This document shows positions 7,841-18,641 of a stretch of 24,000 nucleotides of DNA, one piece after another. Positions within the stretch are counted from its first letter, which is position 1; every line of letters begins with the position of its first letter. The stretch is from the NCBI RefSeq assembly GCF_900185615.1, contig NZ_FYAK01000001.1:195701-219700 (forward strand). The letters run 5' to 3'. Source of the DNA: Photobacterium malacitanum. Lineage in GTDB: Bacteria > Pseudomonadota > Gammaproteobacteria > Enterobacterales > Vibrionaceae. The position numbers and the translations under genes are program-made. Under the pieces are notes generated by a model that searched no databases, was not told the DNA's origin, and worked only from the letters and a program-made list of their open reading frames with translations.

Positions 7841-8039
7841 CAAAGAGGTGTAAAGAGAGCGTTATTATAATCGACAACTTGTGGTTGCGCTTATGAAATT
7901 ATGTATCAAGTTGCAACAATAATCGTCACTGAAAAATTAAGTGATCTTGCTCTGCTTTTGGCGTAAATCAGCATAGTATTATTGATGTGATAAGTGAGTC
8001 TATGATAGCTTAATTCCAATACTATCAAGGTGATAAACA

Positions 8040-8642
8040 ATGGATACTAACCCTGAAGATAAGCTACATAGCCAACAAGTTTATGTTTGTGATGATGTGC
8101 TTGCTGAACGTCAATTAGCGTGTTTAGAAGTATTATATGATTTTAATCACACTCGACCATCAGAAACGAATAAACGAGCAGAATTGATGCAGCAGCTGTT
8201 TGCAGAAGTCGGTACAGGGTGTTATATCGAACCACCATTACATGCTAATTGGGGCAAGCATACCCATTTAGGAAATAATGTGTATGCTAACTTTAATTTA
8301 ACCCTTGTTGACGATACTCATATCTATATTGGCAATAATGTTATGATTGGTCCAAATGTGACTATTGCAACTGCAGGTCACCCAATAGAGCCGATCTTAA
8401 GGGAACAAATTACGCAATTTAATATTCCCGTTACGATTGGTGATAATGTTTGGATTGGCGCTCAGTGTGTCATTTTACCTGGTGTCTCAATTGGTAAAAA
8501 TAGTGTTATCGGTGCTGGTAGTATTGTTACTAAAGATATTCCAACCAATGTTGTTGCAATGGGAAATCCTTGTCGAGTATCACGTGAAATAAATGAGCAT
8601 GATAAAATTTATTATTATAAGAATAGAAAATTTAATGAATAA
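8040..8642 (+). CDS. lacA: Galactoside O-acetyltransferase (hexapeptide-repeat, LacA-like)
   Basis: YDFNHTRPSETNKRAELMQQLFAEVG, YANFNLTLVDD, GDNVWIGAQCVILPGVSIGKNSVIGAGSIVTKDIPTNVVAMGNPCRVSREINEHDKIYYYKNRK align block for block with E. coli LacA, including its C-terminal REINDRDKHYYFKDYK (from memory). This fits LacA better than Maa. AAGGTGA lies 6 nt upstream of the ATG. Confidence 0.85.
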   Translation: MDTNPEDKLHSQQVYVCDDVLAERQLACLEVLYDFNHTRPSETNKRAELMQQLFAEVGTGCYIEPPLHANWGKHTHLGNNVYANFNLTLVDDTHIYIGNNVMIGPNVTIATAGHPIEPILREQITQFNIPVTIGDNVWIGAQCVILPGVSIGKNSVIGAGSIVTKDIPTNVVAMGNPCRVSREINEHDKIYYYKNRKFNE

Positions 8643-8722
8643 TATAAATAAAAGTATTACTAAAAAAGGAGATTATATTTAACATCATTATTTATTATAT
8701 AACTAAAGTAATTATAGTATTT

Positions 8723-9037
8723 CTATTGTATCGATATAATTATTTCTTGTACTTTGTTATAGATATCTGTTGATGTTCCTACCAATATTGCTTCTTTATA
8801 GTTGGACTTATCTAGTACGTTTACTTTTTCTAATGTGATCACGTTATCATCTTTTCGCAACTGATAGCGGTCTTTCATTAATGATTGGCTCATTACTATA
8901 TTTGCTTTAAATACGGCACGATAAACACCATTCATGGGCATATGACACATAAGTAAAATCTCTTTAGCGATGTAATTATAAGGGGGATGCCTTATTGAAC
9001 TTTTCAAAACAAACGAATTGTAGACAACTCTAGCCAA
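8723..9037 (-). CDS. Doubtful ORF in an AT-rich spacer (hypothetical)
   Basis: The track ORF begins with TTG. The first ATGs (M30/M33/M35/M49) lack Shine-Dalgarno sequences and I recognise no motif. Listed only because it is the sole ORF in a 580-bp gap. Confidence 0.2.
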   Translation of the reverse strand: MARVVYNSFVLKSSIRHPPYNYIAKEILLMCHMPMNGVYRAVFKANIVMSQSLMKDRYQLRKDDNVITLEKVNVLDKSNYKEAILVGTSTDIYNKVQEIIISIQ

Positions 9038-9150
9038 TATTTAAAGGTTTAATCTTAAAAATATGACTAAGTAGAATTAAATTATGAAAAACATATACCA
9101 TTATATAAATAGGGGGAATATGTATAAAGGCAATATAATAATAAGCTATT

Positions 9151-9191
9151 AATAAAAGTAAAAACCAATGCTAATTATTAGCCATTGGTTT
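9151..9191 (-). terminator. Rho-independent terminator of the galR-like gene
   Basis: AAACCAATG-CTAA / TTAG-(C)-CATTGGTTT gives 9 + 4 bp with one bulged C and a 3-nt loop. On the minus strand it is followed by TTACTTTTATT. It lies 31 nt past the stop at 9222. Confidence 0.7.
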
Positions 9192-9221
9192 ATATTTATT
9201 TTATAAATAAGCGCATAAATT

Positions 9222-10220
9222 TTATATTTTATTTATAACTGAATTACGTCTAATAAGTGTCGGAGAAAAAATACGCGTTGTTGTTTGTATTTTATTATCA
9301 CTTAAATTTAGTGCTAATTTAGTTGCTTCTTCTGCCATTAAATAGATAGGGTAGCGAATAGTTGTTAATTGTGGTCGAACATACCGAGCAATTAAACCAT
9401 CATCAAAACCAATAACAGAAATATTATCTGGCACTTTTACGCCATTATCTTCAAGTGTATTGATTGCTCCAGCTGCCATATTATCGTTGTAAGTCACCAC
9501 TGCTGTAATAGGCAGTGATTTTGAAAGCAAATTGGTCATTGCTTGCTCACCACCTTCAATACATGGTTCAGTGGTTTCGATAAAGTTTTCATTAACGATG
9601 ATATTATGTGCGATAAGTGCGTCTTTATAGCCTTGTAAACGTTGGGTCGCATCCTCAATATCGTGGGACGAGTTGATATAAGCGATGTTAGTGTGGCCGT
9701 GGCGGATCAAGTATTCTGTCGCAATATAGGTGCCTTTAATATTATTCAATGAAATACAGCGTTCGGCTAATTCAGGAATATAGCGATTAATGAGTACCAG
9801 CGATTTTACTTGTTGAGCGTAATCAATAAGCGCTTGATCTGATAATCCTTTTGAATGAATAACCAAAGCATCACAACGACTATTAATTAATAGGTCGATG
9901 GCTTTTTTTTCATCGACTGCACGATGGTAGCCATTACCAATCAGTAAATTTTTGCCGTTTTGTTGAGCGACAGTGTCTACCGCTTTGACAAGTGAACCAA
10001 AGAAGGGATCAGAAACATCACCCACTAACACGCCGATGGTATTGGTATTATGGCTAGCAAGAGCACGAGCTGCCGGATTAGGTTGATAATTTAAGCGTGT
10101 AATTGCACTGGTTACAGCGAGGATAGAAGCTTTACTGGCTTTGGGGGATTGATTTAATACACGAGATACTGTTGCTACAGAGACGCCTGCCTCACGAGCA
10201 ACATCTTTAATTGTTGCCAT
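9222..10220 (-). CDS. galR: LacI-family transcriptional repressor, GalR/GalS-like
   Basis: MATIKDVAREAGVSVATVSRVLNQSPKASKASILAV...GVLVGDVSDPFFGSLVKAV...LLIGNGYH...RLQGYKDAL...GGEQAM...IGFDD...RPQLTTIRYPI...FSPTLIRRNSV is colinear with E. coli GalR (MATIKDVARLAGVSVATVSRVINNSPKASEASRLAV...). The start is moved from the track's TTG at 10232 to the ATG at 10218-10220, which has GAGAG 5 nt upstream. Confidence 0.9.
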   Translation of the reverse strand: MATIKDVAREAGVSVATVSRVLNQSPKASKASILAVTSAITRLNYQPNPAARALASHNTNTIGVLVGDVSDPFFGSLVKAVDTVAQQNGKNLLIGNGYHRAVDEKKAIDLLINSRCDALVIHSKGLSDQALIDYAQQVKSLVLINRYIPELAERCISLNNIKGTYIATEYLIRHGHTNIAYINSSHDIEDATQRLQGYKDALIAHNIIVNENFIETTEPCIEGGEQAMTNLLSKSLPITAVVTYNDNMAAGAINTLEDNGVKVPDNISVIGFDDGLIARYVRPQLTTIRYPIYLMAEEATKLALNLSDNKIQTTTRIFSPTLIRRNSVINKI

Positions 10221-10383
10221 AGATGCTCTCAAATTACCTACCTTGGAGATTAAACAAAATCAATGTAGGAAGCGGTAATATAGTCGTTTATTAATAAAAT
10301 GAGTAAGCCAGTATATAGCCATCCTATTACATATCATACTGAATCTTTAGATGATGTTAGGAAAAGGTTTTTTAATCATAATG

Positions 10384-10415
10384 ATAAAAGAAAAAGCACC
10401 ATTAATAGGTGCTTT
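10384..10415 (-). terminator. Rho-independent terminator ending the melB-lacZ-aga operon
   Basis: AAAGCACC-attaata-GGTGCTTT forms an 8-bp stem. On the minus strand it is followed by TTCTTTTAT. It lies 22 nt past the alpha-galactosidase stop. Confidence 0.7.
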
Positions 10416-10436
10416 GGTTATGGTGCTAATGGCATC

Positions 10437-12590
10437 TTACTGAATTTGAATCGCGAGCAATAACGACGATTCAGGATCCATTATCGGCAGGGTGAGTCCT
10501 ACGGTTTGTAACCATTCTCCACTGAAGTGTTGTTGACTCGTAAGCCATGGTGGCTGACGATTAACCATTGAATGGAGATTGTCAGGCCCATCAACAATAG
10601 TAATGGCATAGTGTTGATCAGCAAGTAACCCAGGAATATGTAATCGACCTGATAAACAATAGGTTGGCATCGCTAATTGATTGATACTCACTAAAGCATC
10701 TGATTGTGATTTACTAACAACCATATTGCCTTGTAACGCTGCGCTATCGCTAAAATTTAAACGGTAGTTATCACCGCTATGCAGTAAATGGCGGTACTTT
10801 TTATGTAATTGAATATAGTGGCTAAACGCTGTCTTTTCTTGCTCACCAGCTTTAACGGGATCGAGTTCTAATCCCATGTGACCAAAGAGCGCAGTATTAC
10901 CTCGAAAATTCATTGTGTGAGTACGGCGAGTCGTATGGCTGCAATGAGAACCAATATGAGTGCCCATCACTTCAGGCGGATAGAAATAACTCATTCCGCG
11001 TTGAATCGCCTGACGTTCAAGCGGATCGTTATTATCTGAACACCAAAAGCGGTGTGTGCGCTTTAAAATTTCATAATCAATACGACCACCACCGGCTGCG
11101 CAAGATTCAATCTCAACCTTAGGGTGTTTAGCCAGTAGCTTGTCCACGAGGGCATAGTAGCGCTCTACTTGACCACATCCAGCAGCACGATTGTTATGTG
11201 CGGGCTGTACAATTTCACGGTTCATATCCCATTTTATATAGTCAATTTCATATTGAGATAGAAAATGATCTAGACGCTCAAATAAATATGCAAAGGCGGC
11301 TGGATTTTGTAAATCAAGAACATATTGATGACGTCCAGTAGGTTGCTCATAGCCGTCAACAGCAAGGAGCCATTCTGGATGTTGTCGATAGAGATCTGCA
11401 TCTTTATTGATCATTTCAGGCTCAAACCACAAACCAAATTCCATCCCCAGTTGATGGACATGATCAATAATAGGGTTAAGTCCGGCAGGGTATTTTTTAG
11501 GGTCAATAAACCAATCACCTAGCGATGAAGTATCGTCATTGCGGCCTAAAAACCAGCCGTCATCAATAATAAAACGCTCGACACCCATTGCAGCAGCTTC
11601 AGTAGCCATTGCTGTAATGTAAGCGGGATCATGATCAAAATAGATCCCTTCCCAAGTATTTAAGTGAATTGGGCGAGGCTTATCTAACCGATTCTTTAGG
11701 ATGGATGTGCGTACATGCTGGTGGAAATGTTGACTCATGGTATTGAGTCCATGATGACTATAGCTCATGTACAACGTTGGTGTGGTTAATGATTGTTGTG
11801 GCTGTAATGTAATTTCACCCGGTAAATATAATGCTTCAGCTTGAAGTACACGACGACCATCGGCTTTGACATCAATTCGCATGCGATGATTACCACTCCA
11901 AGCTAAATGCGCGCCCCATACTTGACCATGATCGTCACTAAAACCTTGCTCACCAACAATAACAGCAGGGTAATGTTCATGTGAAGTACGCCCGCGACGG
12001 TTTTCTTGAATATAGCCACCATGGCTTAACTGACTTCGATGTTGTTGAAATTCTTTGATCCAACGACCATAAAAAGACAGTATTTCACTGGCATTATCAG
12101 CAATAGGTGCAGTATTAGCACAACGGATCACATGATAATCACTCGTGCCAAGGTTCGTCACCGTTTGCGATAGCTGTAAGACATCATTTTCATCAAGTTC
12201 TATCTGTGTCTGCCAGCCTAACTGCGCTTGTTGATCAAGACAGTCAATAATCAGCTTATTACCATCCTGTTTGACGGCAGTGATAGTAAACACAGGGGCC
12301 CAATCACTGCCATTTTCACGAAAACCTTCAAGTGCAGAAGCACCGAAATTTCCACGACCTAATTGAGGGTTAATACTGACTGCAATATCGGTATCTAAAC
12401 GTCCAAATGGAATTGGCCGTTCAAGTCCGACCGCCATTTGCTGCAAGTCACTGTGTGTTGCATAAGGTAAGCGGTTACCGTAATACACAATATCAGCATT
12501 ATCACTAACAGCTAGCAAGAGTTGGCTATTAGCGCCGATTAAAGAATACAGTTGTGGTTGAGTTGTCATTGGCATGGTTTTGATATCCAC
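10437..12590 (-). CDS. Alpha-galactosidase, GH36 (RafA/AgaA-type)
   Basis: 717 aa with GH36 blocks IDDGWF, YIKWDMNR (nucleophile Asp region) and ESCAAGGGRIDYE. The track start at 12590 is GTG, 5 nt after the lacZ stop. ATGs at 12575 and 12569 are alternative starts. Confidence 0.9.
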   Translation of the reverse strand: MDIKTMPMTTQPQLYSLIGANSQLLLAVSDNADIVYYGNRLPYATHSDLQQMAVGLERPIPFGRLDTDIAVSINPQLGRGNFGASALEGFRENGSDWAPVFTITAVKQDGNKLIIDCLDQQAQLGWQTQIELDENDVLQLSQTVTNLGTSDYHVIRCANTAPIADNASEILSFYGRWIKEFQQHRSQLSHGGYIQENRRGRTSHEHYPAVIVGEQGFSDDHGQVWGAHLAWSGNHRMRIDVKADGRRVLQAEALYLPGEITLQPQQSLTTPTLYMSYSHHGLNTMSQHFHQHVRTSILKNRLDKPRPIHLNTWEGIYFDHDPAYITAMATEAAAMGVERFIIDDGWFLGRNDDTSSLGDWFIDPKKYPAGLNPIIDHVHQLGMEFGLWFEPEMINKDADLYRQHPEWLLAVDGYEQPTGRHQYVLDLQNPAAFAYLFERLDHFLSQYEIDYIKWDMNREIVQPAHNNRAAGCGQVERYYALVDKLLAKHPKVEIESCAAGGGRIDYEILKRTHRFWCSDNNDPLERQAIQRGMSYFYPPEVMGTHIGSHCSHTTRRTHTMNFRGNTALFGHMGLELDPVKAGEQEKTAFSHYIQLHKKYRHLLHSGDNYRLNFSDSAALQGNMVVSKSQSDALVSINQLAMPTYCLSGRLHIPGLLADQHYAITIVDGPDNLHSMVNRQPPWLTSQQHFSGEWLQTVGLTLPIMDPESSLLLAIQIQ

Positions 12591-12595
12591 TGCTA

Positions 12596-15734
<3,139 letters not shown>

Positions 15735-15764
15735 CATCGTGACATATATAGAATTAAATAAAGA

Positions 15765-17150
15765 TTAAGCGTTAGTTGAGAGTGATTTTGGCTCCGTTAC
15801 TGCTGGTGGTGATGCGCTAAAATCATCACGATTAAAGCCATCATGCAGGCGATAAAAACGTTTATAAACAATGGCGCTGATTAACATCAATACCGCAGGT
15901 AAACCAATCATTAACCATTGAATGCCTAGCAAGGTATCAGCAGTTTGCGTTTGGTTGGCTTGATAACCAATCAGTGATAGACCAACACCGACGATGAAGC
16001 CGCCAAATGCACCAGCAAATTTAACTAACATGGTTTGAATTGAGAAAATAATACTTTCGCTGCGACGACCCGTTTTAAACTCACCGTAATCAACAACATC
16101 AGAAAGCATTACTGTTTGAAGGGCGTTCGCTATACCAACACCAAATTTAATAGCAGCACCTGATAGACCGATAAGTAGTAGGTTACCTGGTGAAAATACG
16201 TTCATTCCAAGTAAGATCACACATGATAAAATCGGCATACTACATGCGATGATCCACAGTAGTTTTCGTGGAATAAGATTGGCTAAGCGCGGGAATAAAA
16301 ACACACCAGCCACTTCTGCAATACCCGCGACCATCATGTAAGCTGGGAATAATTCTTTATTGCCTAACGCGTAGGTGAAATAGTAAATCGCAAATCCACC
16401 CACCAACATATTAGCAATTTGAAAGGCTAAAACTGTCGCAATGAGCGTTTTGAGTTGATCGTTACAATTAATAATGTGTAACACATCTTTAAAGGTAAAT
16501 TTGGTGGTAGTAGGTAGCGCTGTTTGCACTCGCTCTTTGACATTTTTTGTGGTGATAAATGCACTCATAATAAAGAGAACTGCAATTATCATCGCTGTTA
16601 TTTGAAAGCCACGACCTTCATTACCCTCACCAAGCGTCGTAACGATATACAAGCCGTAAGTACCAGTAATAAACCACGCGAGGCTAGCAAATAAACGTGG
16701 CCATACGACTAATTTTTCTCTTTCTGGGCGTGAACTTGATAGTGAAGGGATCATTGACCAGTAAGGAATGTCCATAATGGTGTAAGTCAAGCCCCAAAGA
16801 ATATAAGCAATGGCCGCATAAACATACAAAGCTGTTCCTTCAAAAAGGTGGGTACTGAATAAGCCAATAAGAACAACGGCATTGATCAGCGTACCGATTA
16901 CTATCCATGGGCGAAATTTACCAAAACGTGAGCGGGTATTGTCTACCACCATACCCATCATTGGATCAGTAATCGCATCGATAATACGTGCAGCTAAAAA
17001 TATGGTACCGACGAAAGCGGCAGAAATCCCCGCAACATCAGTAAAATAATACATAAGAAAGATATAAATCGGCGCACAGGCAAAGTCTTTTCCTAATGCT
17101 CCTAATCCATAACTGAATTTGGTTTTTAAGCTAATAGTTTGTGATGACAT
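15765..17150 (-). CDS. melB: Melibiose:cation symporter (GPH family)
   Basis: KTKFSYGLGALGKDFACAPIYIFLMYYFTDVAGISAAFVGTIFLAARIIDAITDPMMGMVVDNTRSRFGKFRPWIVIGTL parallels E. coli MelB [80 protein letters not shown] (from memory). About 12 hydrophobic segments. The start is moved to the ATG at 17148-17150 (MSSQTISLK). Confidence 0.93.
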   Translation of the reverse strand: MSSQTISLKTKFSYGLGALGKDFACAPIYIFLMYYFTDVAGISAAFVGTIFLAARIIDAITDPMMGMVVDNTRSRFGKFRPWIVIGTLINAVVLIGLFSTHLFEGTALYVYAAIAYILWGLTYTIMDIPYWSMIPSLSSSRPEREKLVVWPRLFASLAWFITGTYGLYIVTTLGEGNEGRGFQITAMIIAVLFIMSAFITTKNVKERVQTALPTTTKFTFKDVLHIINCNDQLKTLIATVLAFQIANMLVGGFAIYYFTYALGNKELFPAYMMVAGIAEVAGVFLFPRLANLIPRKLLWIIACSMPILSCVILLGMNVFSPGNLLLIGLSGAAIKFGVGIANALQTVMLSDVVDYGEFKTGRRSESIIFSIQTMLVKFAGAFGGFIVGVGLSLIGYQANQTQTADTLLGIQWLMIGLPAVLMLISAIVYKRFYRLHDGFNRDDFSASPPAVTEPKSLSTNA

Positions 17151-17224
17151 AGTGTAGGGCCTTATATTATTTTTTATCATTATTACTTGTTGACGCTACA
17201 TCGACTGTGATCAAAAGCAGATTA

Positions 17225-17240
17225 GTGGAAGCGGTTACAC
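17225..17240. promoter_or_regulatory. GalR/LacI-family operator GTGGAAGCGGTTACAC upstream of melB
   Basis: Matches every constrained position of the GalR pattern GTGnAAnCGnTTnCAC and resembles E. coli gal OI GTGGTAGCGGTTACAT (from memory). It lies 75-90 nt upstream of the melB ATG. Confidence 0.7.
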
Positions 17241-17389
17241 TAAGTTTGCTGTTTTAAACTATTGGTCACAAAAATAGCGACTTTAGCAGGATTTGGTGCA
17301 TATAAAAACACATGTGTTGGCTGTTATAGCGCTATTAATACTGCGTTAATGGGCGTTTTTTGTGAATTAAGCTGGTTAAATAGCACGCT

Positions 17390-17405
17390 TTGGTATCGGT
17401 TACAC
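17390..17405. promoter_or_regulatory. Second, weaker GalR-type operator TTGGTATCGGTTACAC
   Basis: Two mismatches to GTGnAAnCGnTTnCAC. It shares an exact 13-mer CGGTTACACTAAG with the first operator. Centre-to-centre distance is 165 bp. Confidence 0.5.
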
Positions 17406-17569
17406 TAAGGCGCAAAGAAGTCGAATGATGTATCACAATCGTTAATTTGCTATTTTTGAATGAGGATCAAGTCATAATAACTTTGCGTTTTTGAGTACCA
17501 TCTTTATGATTAAACAGGACTATTATGAAAGGAGTTTTATTATGTAATGATTCTAAGTAAGGATAATTT

Positions 17570-18091
17570 ATGAAGATTTTAGCGATACCAGGAAAAATGC
17601 CGATCACTGAAAAGTGGTTATATAACATACTCTCAGCAACAGACTGGGATAGCAGTGCGATTGAAATGCATCGATTTGAAGCATGGACTAGTGATGAAGC
17701 ATTCAGTGTTGATCAGGAAATAAGTTATCTGCCATCAGGACATTATGATGTCGTGATCACTAAATCTATCGGTTGTTTAATTACATTGAGAGCTCAGAAT
17801 AAGATTAGCTGGAATAGATTAGTGCTTATCGGTGTTGCATGGAGTTTATTTTCTGAGTCGGAACGTCAGCTTTTAGGTGCACTTGAAGAAAAAGCATTGC
17901 CAGTGTTAATTATTCAAGAGAAGCACGATCCTTTTGGTACTTACGCAGAGATATCTGAACAAGTGGCAGCTAAAGAGCATATACGTTGCATTGAAGTGCA
18001 AGGGGATAGACACCAATATACTGATACCGTTGCAATTGGTAGGCTTATTAATCTGTGGGTGAATGAAACTCAGTCAGTGGTTCATTCATAA
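17570..18091 (+). CDS. Small alpha/beta-hydrolase-fold-like protein (function unknown)
   Basis: AAGGA lies 6 nt upstream of the ATG. The strand-turn pattern VVITKSIGCL resembles a nucleophile elbow with Thr in place of the first Gly of GxSxG. VLIIQEKHDPFG offers a candidate Asp and QGDRHQY a candidate His. The fold assignment is only a visual impression. Confidence 0.5.
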   Translation: MKILAIPGKMPITEKWLYNILSATDWDSSAIEMHRFEAWTSDEAFSVDQEISYLPSGHYDVVITKSIGCLITLRAQNKISWNRLVLIGVAWSLFSESERQLLGALEEKALPVLIIQEKHDPFGTYAEISEQVAAKEHIRCIEVQGDRHQYTDTVAIGRLINLWVNETQSVVHS

Positions 18092-18211
18092 TTATTAAAA
18101 ATGAAACAAAAAATACGCTAATGTGTTTTTTCCTTTGTCATTATCTGCCATGTTACTTATTATGAGTTAAGTTGCTTATTGGTTGGTTAATTAATGACAA
18201 AGGATGCTGAC

Positions 18212-18589
18212 ATGAAAAAAATAATCACTGTCGCAATAACGCTATTACTTACTGGGTGCACTGAAATTCCCAATGATACAACATTAGAAAAAGCTTTTTA
18301 TTCTGCGGCACAATCTTCAAAAGCTAATACCATTATGACTGTTGATAATTTTGCTAAAGTGAGTGGTTATATAAAGCAAGATCATTACATTGCTGAAGTC
18401 AGTTATGACATTCGTTTTATTAGTGACCATGAAGATCCGCAGGCTGCGAATGAAGACACTGTTACTTCAGGTTTAGGATTGCACGTATTGTCAAAAGCTT
18501 ATGGTAAGTATAAACGAGGGGATATTAGCAGTAATCAGCAGCAAGTTATCTTCATAAAAACCAGTGCTGGTTGGCAAGTTAAAGCCTAA
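18212..18589 (+). CDS. Lipoprotein of unknown function
   Basis: MKKIITVAITLLLTG|C has an L-T-G-C lipobox. AAGGA lies 7 nt upstream of the ATG at 18212. The track start at 18194 has no Shine-Dalgarno. Confidence 0.75.
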   Translation: MKKIITVAITLLLTGCTEIPNDTTLEKAFYSAAQSSKANTIMTVDNFAKVSGYIKQDHYIAEVSYDIRFISDHEDPQAANEDTVTSGLGLHVLSKAYGKYKRGDISSNQQQVIFIKTSAGWQVKA

Positions 18590-18617
18590 AAAAAGCAGCC
18601 AATAATCAGGCTGCTTT
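18588..18617. terminator. Shared terminator between the convergent lipoprotein and decarboxylase genes
   Basis: AAAGCAGCC-8 nt-GGCTGCTTT forms a 9-bp stem. The minus-strand reading is followed by TTTTAGG, extending the stem's own T run. The plus-strand reading has only TTT, so it works better for the minus-strand gene. Confidence 0.75.
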
Positions 18618-18641
18618 AATAGATTTAATGAGTTAGGAATA

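Noticed and set aside
12465-12480. AGGTAAGCGGTTACCG inside the GH36 gene as an internal operator analogous to gal OI.
   Set aside because: It has four mismatches at constrained positions, and it lies in the third gene of the operon, ~4.7 kb from the promoter-proximal sites. I mention it under the operator finding but do not call it as a feature.
17255-17270. A CRP site upstream of melB, around TCACA at 17266-17270.
   Set aside because: Only one half-site is present. The partner pentamer (TAAAC) matches one of five positions. Other TGTGA/TCACA occurrences in 17181-17569 also lack partners.
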